DNA of 64,000 nt, taken from Bacteroidota bacterium. Its GTDB lineage: Bacteria; Bacteroidota; Bacteroidia; UBA4408. The stretch covers positions 96,910-160,909 of the forward strand of contig JAZKHE010000005.1 of the NCBI GenBank assembly GCA_040385525.1. Direction: 5' to 3'. The notes beneath the pieces are model-generated. The model worked only from the letters and a program-made list of their open reading frames with translations. It was not told the DNA's origin and did not search any database. Within the stretch, counting starts at the first letter, position 1. Each line of letters begins with the position of its first letter. This document shows, piece by piece, positions 29,210 through 38,988 of the stretch. The position numbers and the translations under genes are program-made.

Positions 29210-29950
29210 TTATTTTCTATCGCCAAATAAACGCAATAACATTAAGAATAAGTTAATGAAATCTAAGTACAAGTTAAACGCACCCATAATGGCTAATTTA
29301 GAGCCTGTTGCACCATCTAACTCAGTTCCTGTACCAATGTTTTTTAGTTTTTGCACATCGTAAGCGGTTAAGCCTGTAAACACAACTACACCAATAATGC
29401 TAATGATGTATTCCATTGCGCTCGATTTTAAAAAGAAGTTTACCAAACTCGCAATAATAATACCAATTAAACCCATCATCATTATTTTACCAAAGCTGGT
29501 TAAATCTTGTTTAGTAGTGTAACCCAACACAGCCATAACGCCAAACATACCTGCAGCAATTGCAAATGTTTTAAAAATAGATGCAGCGGTATATGCTAAA
29601 AATATAAAGCTAAAACTAACTCCGTTTATTGCTGCATAAGCTAAAAATAAAGTTAGTAAAACAGGATAAGAAAGTTTATTAAAAGCAAAACCCATAATTA
29701 ATGCAAAGCCCAATGGAGCAAACATTACAACCCATCCTAAAATGCTTAAACCAGTTCCGTCAGCTTTAATTAAAGGTTGCATCATAGATAAATCGCTGCT
29801 AAACCAATATGCTATAACTGCTGTAATGGTAAGCGCTGCAAACATCCACGAAAAGACATTTGCCATAAATGTTTTAGACATTGACGATGAATCTGAACCC
29901 GAAATTGATTGCGAGTTTGATTGCGAAAAATTCCAATTATTGTTTTCCAT
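29210..29950 (-). CDS. Bax inhibitor-1/YccA family membrane protein
   Basis: 246 aa. Ser/Asn-rich N-terminus then 7 predicted transmembrane helices and a charged C-terminal tail typical of the BI-1 family. Confidence 0.7.
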   Translation of the reverse strand: MENNNWNFSQSNSQSISGSDSSSMSKTFMANVFSWMFAALTITAVIAYWFSSDLSMMQPLIKADGTGLSILGWVVMFAPLGFALIMGFAFNKLSYPVLLTLFLAYAAINGVSFSFIFLAYTAASIFKTFAIAAGMFGVMAVLGYTTKQDLTSFGKIMMMGLIGIIIASLVNFFLKSSAMEYIISIIGVVVFTGLTAYDVQKLKNIGTGTELDGATGSKLAIMGAFNLYLDFINLFLMLLRLFGDRK

Positions 29951-30072
29951 AGTTTTTATAGTTTATGTAAAGTTATGCAATTTCTGTACCATTGACAAGT
30001 TGGCAGATTTAAAGTTCAAAGTTGCAGGTTTAAAGAACTCGCCGAACTTGAAACCTTAAACTTGAAACTATT

Positions 30073-30672
30073 TTAATGTAAGTTAGCACCAATCAATCTA
30101 ATAAATTCGCTACGTGTTGTGTCTTTTAAAAACTCGCCAGTAAAAGCTGATGTAGTTGTAACCGAGTTTTGTTTTTGAATGCCGCGCATTTGCATACATA
30201 AATGCGAACATTCTATTACAACCGCAACACCAATTGGGTTAAGGGTTTCTTGTATGCAATCTCTAATTTCGGTAGTTAAACGTTCTTGCACTTGCAGTCT
30301 GCGAGCAAAAGCATCAACCACACGCGGAATTTTACTTAAACCAACAATATGTCCGTTAGGAATATAAGCAATGTGCGCTTTTCCAAAAAATGGCAATAAA
30401 TGATGTTCGCAAAGCGAATAAACTTCTATGTCTTTTACAATTACCATTTGTTTGTAATCTTCGGCAAACATGGCGCTTTTTAAAATGTCGCTTGGATTTA
30501 AATCGTAACCGTGTGTTAAAAATTGCATGGCTTTAGCAACACGCTCGGGTGTTTTAAGTAAACCTTCGCGGTTGGGATCTTCGCCAATATCTTTTAAAAC
30601 TTCTTTGTATTGCGCAGCAATTTTGTCAATTAGCTCAGGATTGTACTGGTCTTTTTTTTCGTATCCGTTCAT
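30073..30672 (-). CDS. folE: GTP cyclohydrolase I
   Basis: 199 aa. CEHHLLPF and QERLT motifs. Confidence 0.9.
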   Translation of the reverse strand: MNGYEKKDQYNPELIDKIAAQYKEVLKDIGEDPNREGLLKTPERVAKAMQFLTHGYDLNPSDILKSAMFAEDYKQMVIVKDIEVYSLCEHHLLPFFGKAHIAYIPNGHIVGLSKIPRVVDAFARRLQVQERLTTEIRDCIQETLNPIGVAVVIECSHLCMQMRGIQKQNSVTTTSAFTGEFLKDTTRSEFIRLIGANLH

Positions 30673-30730
30673 TGTAACGAGTATTTGTACAAATATAGTT
30701 TGTTTAAAGCAAAAAAGGTATTTTTACTGC

Positions 30731-31381
30731 ATGAACTTATTGCTTGTTGCTGCCACTCGTTTTGAAATTGAACCTTTGCTTAAAAAATTTGCAAAGCAAA
30801 ATTCGTTATCGTTTACCATTAATAATATAGACGTAGATGTGTTGTTAACCGAAGTAGGAATGGTGAGTGCAGCAATTTTTTGTACAAAAGCACTTTGCTC
30901 AAAAAAATACGATTTTGCATTGCAAGTTGGCATTGCTGGAGCTTTTCATAAAGAATTAAAAATTGGGGAAATTGTAAATATTACAGAAGATTGTATTGCA
31001 GAATTAGGTGCCGAAGATGATGATAATTTTATTCCGTTTACAGAAATGAATTTGCCAGGAAAAAATAAATTTGTAAATACAACTGTTTTTAAGAACAATG
31101 TTTTGCAAAATATTCCGCAAGTAAATGCAATTACTGTAAACAAAGTGCATGGCAACGAAGCCGCAATAAATAAAATATGGAATTTGTTTCATGCTTACAC
31201 CGAAAGTATGGAAGGCGCTGCTTTTGCTCAAGTATGCGAAGAGTTTAAAATATTTTATGCACAAATAAGAAGTATTTCTAATTACGTTGAAAAACGAAAT
31301 AAAAATAACTGGGACATTTCTTTGGCTATTGAAAATTTAAACAAAAAAACAGCAGAAATTTTATTGAGTTTTAATCAATAG
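30731..31381 (+). CDS. purine nucleosidase-fold protein (MTA/SAH nucleosidase or futalosine hydrolase-like)
   Basis: The ORF opens at 30527 overlapping folE. The plausible start is MNLLLVAATRFEIEP at 30731. PNP/UDP-1 fold features (GIAGA...E). Confidence 0.5.
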   Translation: MNLLLVAATRFEIEPLLKKFAKQNSLSFTINNIDVDVLLTEVGMVSAAIFCTKALCSKKYDFALQVGIAGAFHKELKIGEIVNITEDCIAELGAEDDDNFIPFTEMNLPGKNKFVNTTVFKNNVLQNIPQVNAITVNKVHGNEAAINKIWNLFHAYTESMEGAAFAQVCEEFKIFYAQIRSISNYVEKRNKNNWDISLAIENLNKKTAEILLSFNQ

Positions 31382-32501
31382 ATTGTTCTTTATTGGCGTT
31401 GCTCATAATTTCTTGTTGACGACGAATAGATTCTTCGTGAACCAAATCAAACAAACGGGTTAAAAAAGTTTTATCTAATCCTAAAGATTCGCCCTTACCA
31501 GTTCTTGTATTTAAAACTTCAAACCAGCGTTCCATTTGAAGTATAGTAACATTATTTTCTTTTTTGTGCTCGCCAATTTTATCAACTATTTCCATGCGCT
31601 TAGCAATAGCTTCAATTAAATCAACATCAACTCTGTCAATAATATTTCTTAATTCTTGAATTTGATGATCGAAAATAACATTGTCGCTATCTTCAGTTTT
31701 ATAAATAATTCTTGAAAGTATTTCGGCAAAATTGTTTGGTGTAACTTGTTGTTTGGCATCGCTTAAAGCTGCATCAGGATTGTTGTGTACTTCAACAATA
31801 AATCCGTCCATATTTAAATCAACAGATTTTTGAATTACATCTAACAACAAATTTCTTTTTCCTGCTATATGACTTGGGTCACATATTATCGGAAGGTTAG
31901 GGATTAATAATTTTAATTCAATGGGTATACTCCACATCGGCGCATTTCTGTAAACGCCTTTTGCTAAGGTGGAAAAGCCTCGATGAATTGCAATTAATTT
32001 TTTTATACCCGCTTGATTAAATCTTTCCAGAGCACCAATCCATAAATTTAAATCGGGATTAACCGGATTTTTTACCATTACCGGAATGTCAGTTCCTTTT
32101 AAAGCATCAGCAATTTCTTGAACAGTAAAAGGATTTACGGTTGTTCGAGCGCCAATCCATAAAATATCAATGTTGTGTTTAAGCGCTTGTTCTACATGCT
32201 CGGCAGTTGCCACTTCGGTTGTTGTTAGCAAACCCGTTTCTTTTTTTACTTGTTGCAACCATTTTAATCCAACAGTACCAACACCTTCAAAAGAATTTGG
32301 ACGTGTGCGTGGTTTCCAAATCCCAGATCTAAAAATTTGAACCTGATTATTTTTACTTAATTCAATTGCGGTTTGCATTACTTGCTCTTCGGTTTCGGCA
32401 CCGCAAGGACCAGCAACAATAATTGTTTTTTTATAATTAGGAAGCCAAAGCGAAGGCGAAATTATGTCTAAATCTACTTTCATTACAATATTAGAGTACA
32501 A
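31371..32501 (-). CDS. bifunctional 3-deoxy-7-phosphoheptulonate synthase / chorismate mutase
   Basis: 376 aa. N-terminal DAHP/KDO8P-synthase-like TIM barrel (IVAGPCGAE, KPRT) and a C-terminal AroQ chorismate mutase helix bundle. Confidence 0.75.
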   Translation of the reverse strand: MYSNIVMKVDLDIISPSLWLPNYKKTIIVAGPCGAETEEQVMQTAIELSKNNQVQIFRSGIWKPRTRPNSFEGVGTVGLKWLQQVKKETGLLTTTEVATAEHVEQALKHNIDILWIGARTTVNPFTVQEIADALKGTDIPVMVKNPVNPDLNLWIGALERFNQAGIKKLIAIHRGFSTLAKGVYRNAPMWSIPIELKLLIPNLPIICDPSHIAGKRNLLLDVIQKSVDLNMDGFIVEVHNNPDAALSDAKQQVTPNNFAEILSRIIYKTEDSDNVIFDHQIQELRNIIDRVDVDLIEAIAKRMEIVDKIGEHKKENNVTILQMERWFEVLNTRTGKGESLGLDKTFLTRLFDLVHEESIRRQQEIMSNANKEQSID

Positions 32502-32565
32502 AGCTACCTTAAAATAACTAAAAATAGAAAGGAATGTTTAAATTAGGACTTTGTAAATGTAAATT

Positions 32566-34221
32566 ATGAGTTCAACTACTTCAACAGCTAAACATCCAAA
32601 AGGATTAAAATATTTGTTTTTTGCCGAAATGTGGGAACGTTTTGGCTATTATTTAATGATAGGCATTTTTGTTTTGTACATGACCGATACAGACAAAGGA
32701 GGTTTGGGATTAGAGCGTGCAAATGCATCAGATATTTTTGGAACTTTTATTGCTTTGGTTTTTTTAACGCCTTTTTTGGGAGGAATTTTAGCCGATAGAC
32801 TTTTGGGTTACAGAACAGCCATAACCATTGGCGGAATTTTAATGGGATTGGGTTATTGCGGTTTGGCAATACCTGGCGAAACATCATTTTATATTTCGAT
32901 GTTATTAATTATTGTGGGCAATGGATTTTTTAAACCAAATATTTCTACGCTTTTAGGAAACCTTTACAATGAACCACAGTTTAAAGAAAACAAAGATGCG
33001 GGTTATAATATTTTTTACATGGGAATAAATATTGGCGCATTTATTTGTAATTTTTTTGCAGCTTATTTACGTAATAGTTTTGGTTGGGGATATGCATTTA
33101 TTGGTGCAGGAGTTGGCATGTTTTTAGGAGTAATTATTTTTTGGATTGGTATGAAACACTATCGTCATGCAGATGTTAAAAAGCCTGCGCAACCTGGTGA
33201 TACGCCACTTTCAAAAGTACTATTGTATGTAATTGTTCCTGCTTTTGCAGTAGGTATTGGGGCTTGGTTAATACCGGGTAATATTTTTGGAACAGATAGT
33301 ACTGATGCTTTTATTTTTGGCTCATTGCCAGTTTTATTGTTCTATGTGTCTTTATATGCTCGTGCCGAAGTAAATGAGAAAAAACCAATTGGTGCCATGC
33401 TTGCCATATTTGCTGTTGTAATTGTATTTTGGGCAGTGTTTAAACAAAACGGAACAGCACTTACTACATACGCACAATATTATACAGATAGAGAGATACC
33501 AACTGTTGTAGAAGGAGCAGCTTCTTCTTTAAAATTAGTTGAAACAGTAAGTATTAAAAAAGATAGCGTAATTGCATTTGATAATCAGTTTAGAAAAATT
33601 AAAGACGCAGAAGGTAATGTTGTTAAAGAAATTGGCTACGAACCGTATTTAAAAAACGTTTCGCAACAAACTATACAACAAAATGATGGCGGAGAATTAA
33701 AATTAGTTTCTACCGAATTATTTCAATCGATAAATCCATTTTTTGTGGTTGTACTTACGCCAGTTGTTGTTGCCTTTTTTGTGTTTTTACGAAGAAGAAA
33801 AAAAGAACCATCTACACCTGCAAAAATTGCGTGGGGTTTAGTTATTAGTGGATTGTCTACTTTGGTTATGGTTGCTGCGGTCTACGTAAGTAGTAATGGC
33901 GCAGTAAAAGCTAGTCCGCTTTGGTTATTTGGTTGCTATGGAGTTATAACGGTTGGGGAATTGTTTTTGAGCCCGATGGGTTTGTCGTTAGTAAGTAAAT
34001 TGAGTCCGCCGCGTTTTACCGCTTTAATGATGGGAGGTTGGTTTTTATCAACTTCTATTGGAAATAAATTATCAGGAATTTTAGCAGTGTTGTGGGATGG
34101 TTATGATAATAAAGCGAATTATTTTTTAGTGAATATGATATTATTAGGCGCAGCAGCTATTGTAATGTTTTTATTATTAAAACGTTTAAACAAAGTTTTT
34201 GCCGAATACGGTGGAAATTAA
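32566..34221 (+). CDS. proton-dependent oligopeptide transporter (POT/PTR2 family)
   Basis: 551 aa. FFAEMWERFGYY PTR2 signature, 12+ transmembrane helices. Confidence 0.85.
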   Translation: MSSTTSTAKHPKGLKYLFFAEMWERFGYYLMIGIFVLYMTDTDKGGLGLERANASDIFGTFIALVFLTPFLGGILADRLLGYRTAITIGGILMGLGYCGLAIPGETSFYISMLLIIVGNGFFKPNISTLLGNLYNEPQFKENKDAGYNIFYMGINIGAFICNFFAAYLRNSFGWGYAFIGAGVGMFLGVIIFWIGMKHYRHADVKKPAQPGDTPLSKVLLYVIVPAFAVGIGAWLIPGNIFGTDSTDAFIFGSLPVLLFYVSLYARAEVNEKKPIGAMLAIFAVVIVFWAVFKQNGTALTTYAQYYTDREIPTVVEGAASSLKLVETVSIKKDSVIAFDNQFRKIKDAEGNVVKEIGYEPYLKNVSQQTIQQNDGGELKLVSTELFQSINPFFVVVLTPVVVAFFVFLRRRKKEPSTPAKIAWGLVISGLSTLVMVAAVYVSSNGAVKASPLWLFGCYGVITVGELFLSPMGLSLVSKLSPPRFTALMMGGWFLSTSIGNKLSGILAVLWDGYDNKANYFLVNMILLGAAAIVMFLLLKRLNKVFAEYGGN

Positions 34222-34531
34222 TACTGATGTGCTAATGCTTTAATTTGAAAATGTGCTAATTTGAATCAATAAAAGTAATCGTAAGTTTACCACAAAACTA
34301 AATGAATAAGTTTGGCGTAAATTCGATAGGCGAGCGTAAGCCCGACAAAACGCGAGGCAGACTGGATAGTGCGTAAGCAATCGTTTTGTCTTGACTTTTT
34401 TTGGTTCTTTTTTGTGTCAAGACAAAAAATGAACGTAAAGACCTACGCTAGTTTGTGACATAGAGTTACTGTTTAATTAAATGAGATTGGTTAGTTTTAA
34501 ACTATTCAAACGAATCATTAGTAAATCTTTT

Positions 34532-36304
34532 TTAAATACGAACTCCAATTACCAACACATCATCAACTTGTTCGTGTTGCCCTTTCCAAATGCTATAGTG
34601 GCTGTTTAGCTCGTTGTGTTGCGCCTGCATCGATTTTTCTTGCAGATTTACAACAATGTCTTTAAAGCGTTTAGTCATCATTTTTTTACCTTGTTCTCCA
34701 CCAAACTGATCGGCAAAACCATCGCTAAATAAATAGATTGTGTCGTTAGTGTTTAGTTCTAATTCGTGTTGTGTAAATTTTCTGTCTTCATCAGGCTGAA
34801 AACCACCAATAGGATTTTTATCGGGTTTAATTTCAGACAGTTCGTTATTACGAACTAACCAAAGCGGGCGGTTGGCACCAGCATATTTTAAAATGGTATT
34901 CTTATCTTTTTTCTCTAAAGAAATTAAAGCTACATCCATTCCATCACGATTTTGATTTTGATTTTGTTTTAGTGTATCACAAACACCTTTATTTACTTCG
35001 TTTAAAATTTGTGCAGGTTCAATTTTGTTTTTTTCTACCACAACTTGTTTTAAAACATTGCTTCCTATTAAACTCATAAATGCGCCAGGCACACCATGTC
35101 CGGTACAATCGCAGGCGGCTAGAATGTGGTGATTAGAATTTACAGAATGAAAAAAGTAAAAATCGCCACTAACAATATCTTTAGGTTGGTACAAAATAAA
35201 CGATTGTTTTAATGCAGCATAAATACTGTCTTGCTCAGGTAAAATTGCTTTTTGAATGCGTTGTGCGTAGTTTACTGAATCTACAATTTCTTGTTTTTGA
35301 TGTTCTATTAAATGGTTTTTTAATTCGATTTCGTTTTTTTGTTTTTGAAGTAAAGTGTTTGCTTTTTTGCGCAAGTAATTGGCGCGAATCACAAACAAAA
35401 TTAGAATAGAAACAATAATTAATACGATAATAAAAATAGAAATGGTTTTTTTAGTTTGATTTATTTCGGCATCTTTAGCTTCTAATCGTGTATTGTTTAA
35501 TTCTTTATCTTTTTGTAATAACGAAATTTCTTTTTCTTTTTTTTCTGTTTCGTATTTCATTGATAAATCTGCTAATTGAGCAGCAATATTGTTTTTGTTA
35601 TTGCTGTTTGCTTTGTTAAATAATTCGTTTAAAACCAATTGTTCGCAATAACGAACATCAGCTTCTAATTGCGTAAGAAAAGTTACACATTTGCTTAAAG
35701 ATACGTGGTCGAAATTATACATCTCCCATGAACTAATCCCGTCATATTCAGTTTCAACGTCATTCAAATTAAGCGTGATTGATTGTTTAATTTGTAATCT
35801 AGTCTCCTCGGGCGTTAGATTTATTATTGAATCAATAAACTGATTAAGTTTATACTTAATGAAGACTGCCGAATTTGTATCCTTAATACTTAGTGATGAT
35901 ACTCTTTTATAATCAGATTCATTTTTACCTTCTAGCTTTGTATCTCCAATTAAAATCCAACCAGGTACATCATAGTTATCTTTGGCAACAATATTTTTAA
36001 AAGAAATTGTATCTGCCACTTCAAATGGAATGTTATCCGTTGTATGAATTAAAAATGTACGAATTCGCTTTAGATTATTGGATAAATTATTGGATAAAGA
36101 ATATAGTTTTAGTGAATTCTGATATTCATTATTCTCCTGTTCTTTACTGCTGAATATTTTTGAAAAGGCTTCGTAAACAAATTTATTTTTGTTTGTGTAT
36201 GCGTTTAAATTTTTTTGTGCGTTTTCAAACCCAGAAGTATCAGAATTCAAAATGTTGCTTGTTATTACTCTGTTTTGAATCCCTGATAAAACATAGGCAA
36301 ACAT
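34532..36304 (-). CDS. PP2C-type (SpoIIE/RsbU-like) serine phosphatase with N-terminal sensor region and one transmembrane helix
   Basis: 590 aa. C-terminal PP2C motifs (GDFYFF, DCTGHGVPGAFMS, DG..D). Transmembrane helix ISIFIIVLIIVSILILFVI, then a coiled-coil. Confidence 0.7.
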   Translation of the reverse strand: MFAYVLSGIQNRVITSNILNSDTSGFENAQKNLNAYTNKNKFVYEAFSKIFSSKEQENNEYQNSLKLYSLSNNLSNNLKRIRTFLIHTTDNIPFEVADTISFKNIVAKDNYDVPGWILIGDTKLEGKNESDYKRVSSLSIKDTNSAVFIKYKLNQFIDSIINLTPEETRLQIKQSITLNLNDVETEYDGISSWEMYNFDHVSLSKCVTFLTQLEADVRYCEQLVLNELFNKANSNNKNNIAAQLADLSMKYETEKKEKEISLLQKDKELNNTRLEAKDAEINQTKKTISIFIIVLIIVSILILFVIRANYLRKKANTLLQKQKNEIELKNHLIEHQKQEIVDSVNYAQRIQKAILPEQDSIYAALKQSFILYQPKDIVSGDFYFFHSVNSNHHILAACDCTGHGVPGAFMSLIGSNVLKQVVVEKNKIEPAQILNEVNKGVCDTLKQNQNQNRDGMDVALISLEKKDKNTILKYAGANRPLWLVRNNELSEIKPDKNPIGGFQPDEDRKFTQHELELNTNDTIYLFSDGFADQFGGEQGKKMMTKRFKDIVVNLQEKSMQAQHNELNSHYSIWKGQHEQVDDVLVIGVRI

Positions 36305-36384
36305 AAATCCGAAAATAAATTGCTGTTTAATTGAAGCTGTAAAATCTTTGTTTTTAAAAAGATACTTTACTAGTAAATAATATA

Positions 36385-36879
36385 TTAAAAGTAAAACAAA
36401 GAAAAACTTGAACTATAACCAAGTTTGTTTGCCCATGGCCAATGTTGAGATTTAAATAAGTAATGAACTAACATTAAACCTAGCGCACTACAAAAAATTA
36501 AATAGAAATACTTGTCGATTTTACTTTTATTTTTCCATTGATAATAAAACCAAAATGGTAAATAATTGACAGTAAAAATAAATGTTCCAATTACTCCTAA
36601 TGCACTTCCTCCCGGCCAATGGAACATTCTAAAGATTAGGGCAAGCACTCCAAATGAAATCCCAGTTAAACCTGCATAGTTTAACCATTTAACACTTTCC
36701 TTATTGTTACTTTTGATTTTATCAAGAAGAATTGTAGGAAAGTATAGACAACAGAAGACAAATATGTCAACAACAATTATAAGAACACCATTTTCTGATT
36801 CAAAAACTGTTAAGAGAACTAACCCAATTATAAAAATTGAAATTAGTGTCAAAAGTCCGTATTTAATAAAACCTTTCAT
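36385..36879 (-). CDS. hypothetical polytopic membrane protein
   Basis: 164 aa with 4-5 predicted transmembrane helices. Directly upstream of the phosphatase gene. Confidence 0.4.
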   Translation of the reverse strand: MKGFIKYGLLTLISIFIIGLVLLTVFESENGVLIIVVDIFVFCCLYFPTILLDKIKSNNKESVKWLNYAGLTGISFGVLALIFRMFHWPGGSALGVIGTFIFTVNYLPFWFYYQWKNKSKIDKYFYLIFCSALGLMLVHYLFKSQHWPWANKLGYSSSFSLFYF

Positions 36880-36938
36880 GTTTAATCGCTCTATGTTAAA
36901 TCAAATATATAAATTTGTTTGGAATAAACAATTTCACA

Positions 36939-37733
36939 ATGGATTTTACAACTTCAGATAATAAGAAACTATTTTATGATTATCATTTAATAGATAACAC
37001 AAAACCAACATTGGTTTTTTTAAATGGTTTAACGCAAAGCACAATTTCGTGGGCAATGTTTAAGCCGTATTTTGAAGCCTCTCATAATATTCTGTTAATG
37101 GATTTTGTGTTTCAAGGTCAAAGTGATAAAAATGCTGAAGTAAGAAATTTTGATTTACATGCGCAAGATGTAAAAGAGTTACTTGGTTTTTTGCATTTAG
37201 ATAATCCTATCTTGTTAGGAATATCTTATGGTAGTTTGGTGGCACAACACTATGCCGTAAACTATTCTGATAATTTAAGTAAACTTATTTTACTTTCAAC
37301 TTTTGCTAAGAAAAATGAATTTTATAAAGCAATTGAACTTTCGTGGCAACGTGCTTTAGATGCTGGTGGCTACGAGTTGATGTTAGATATTATGTTGCCT
37401 TATGTATTAAGTGATGTGTATTTTCAAAATCCATTAATGCCTATTGATTTAATGAAATCGATGCGTAAAGATTTACACCCAAATTCTGAGCACATAAAAA
37501 AACTTATGCAAGCTACCCAACAACGTGCAGACTATATTGAAAATTTACAAAATGTAAAAGTACCAACATTGGTTATTCAAGGAGAAAAGGATTTGCTTTT
37601 CCCACCTTTTATGGCTAAAGAAGTTGCTAGTGCAATAAAAAATGCCCAGCTAGAAATAATACAAAACGCAGGGCACACGCTTAATTTAGAAAAAACAGAT
37701 AAAGTTATTGAAGCTATTAAAAAGTTTTTATAA
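36939..37733 (+). CDS. alpha/beta-fold hydrolase
   Basis: GxSxG nucleophile elbow (GISYGS), Asp/His near the C-terminus. ORF opens at 36915; likely start MDFTTSD at 36939. Confidence 0.65.
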   Translation: MDFTTSDNKKLFYDYHLIDNTKPTLVFLNGLTQSTISWAMFKPYFEASHNILLMDFVFQGQSDKNAEVRNFDLHAQDVKELLGFLHLDNPILLGISYGSLVAQHYAVNYSDNLSKLILLSTFAKKNEFYKAIELSWQRALDAGGYELMLDIMLPYVLSDVYFQNPLMPIDLMKSMRKDLHPNSEHIKKLMQATQQRADYIENLQNVKVPTLVIQGEKDLLFPPFMAKEVASAIKNAQLEIIQNAGHTLNLEKTDKVIEAIKKFL

Positions 37734-37752
37734 CCACTTTTTTTGTTTTCCA

Positions 37753-37871
37753 CCACATAGAAACATAGAAAATTTTAGGTTTATAGGTTAACATAGTTTT
37801 TCGCTTTGCGAAAAATGCTATTGTTTACTATGTTTTCTTTTTTAATACTCAATTGCTATGTGCCTATGTGG
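37753..37871. repeat. MITE-like palindromic intergenic repeat, copy B
   Basis: Termini CCACATAGAAACATAG ... CTATGTGCCTATGTGG. Central TTTTTCGCTTTGCGAAAAA palindrome. Related to 8709-8823. Confidence 0.6.
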
Positions 37872-37884
37872 TTAGAGTTTTTAT

Positions 37885-38988
37885 CTATAACCACTTTTTT
37901 CTTCTAAAATAAATTAATAAACTTATCATTATTGCTAACATAACAGCCCATGTTGCAGCATACCCATAAGGACTTTCTAATTCGGGCATAAATTTAAAAT
38001 TCATACCATAAACACCTGCAATAAAAGTAACTGGGATAAAAATGGTTGAAATAATGGTGAGCACTTTCATCACTTCATTCATTTTGTTACTCATGCTGCT
38101 CATGTATAAATCCATCATGCCTGCTACCAAATCGCGGTAACTTTCTGTTGTTTCAATTACACGTAAACTATGGTCGTACACATCTCTAAAAAACAGTTGC
38201 GTGTCTTTCGTTATTAAATTCGAGTCGCTTCTTTCAATGCTTGAAATTAGTTCTCTAATGGGCCAAATAGATTTGCGAAGTGCAATCATTTCGCGTTTCA
38301 TGTAATATAATTTTTGTAACGTTTCGGGCGTAGGCTTTATAATTAATTCTTCGTCTAAATCTTCTAAACGTTCACCGATTTTTTCTAGAATAATAAAATA
38401 AGCATCTACAATACAATCGATTAATGAATAGGCTAAATAATCGGCGCCAAACTTTCTTATTTTTAAGTTTTCTTGTTTAAGCCTTTGTCTTATTGGGTCA
38501 AAGGCATCTTTTCCTTCTAATTCTTGAAAGGTAATAACTAAGTTATCTTTAAGAATAATTGATAGTTGTTCAGAATATATTTTGCTATCAAATTCATACA
38601 ACATTTTCATAAAAGTCATATCGTAATCATCGTAGCTTTCAAATTTAGGACGTTGGTCTGGACTAATTACATCTTCTAAAGAAAGCGCATGTATGTTAAA
38701 TATTTCTCCAATTTTTTTTACAATGGCTGTGTCATGAATTCCTTCAACGTTAATCCATTTTATTTTTTTTGAATGCTTAAACGCTGTGCAGTCATCAATG
38801 TTATCTAAAATTACTTCATTGTAACTTGTTGCGTCGTATTCAATAACAATTATTTTTGTTTCAGGTGCTGTTTCTCCTGTAATTCTTTGAATTAAGGTTC
38901 CAGGAGGTTGGTGAACATTTTCCTTTTTATCAGGAAATAATTTTAATTTTTTATTTCTAATATAATTTTTACTCATGTTTTCCTTCAA
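37885..38988 (-). CDS. corA: magnesium/cobalt transporter CorA
   Basis: 367 aa. YGMNF (GMN) motif before two C-terminal transmembrane helices. Confidence 0.85.
   Translation of the reverse strand: MKENMSKNYIRNKKLKLFPDKKENVHQPPGTLIQRITGETAPETKIIVIEYDATSYNEVILDNIDDCTAFKHSKKIKWINVEGIHDTAIVKKIGEIFNIHALSLEDVISPDQRPKFESYDDYDMTFMKMLYEFDSKIYSEQLSIILKDNLVITFQELEGKDAFDPIRQRLKQENLKIRKFGADYLAYSLIDCIVDAYFIILEKIGERLEDLDEELIIKPTPETLQKLYYMKREMIALRKSIWPIRELISSIERSDSNLITKDTQLFFRDVYDHSLRVIETTESYRDLVAGMMDLYMSSMSNKMNEVMKVLTIISTIFIPVTFIAGVYGMNFKFMPELESPYGYAATWAVMLAIMISLLIYFRRKKWL

Noticed and set aside
30527-30730. 5' extension of the nucleosidase-like ORF overlapping folE on the opposite strand
   Set aside because: The extension overlaps the conserved folE coding region and translates to low-complexity sequence. 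The internal Met at 30731 gives a protein of canonical length.
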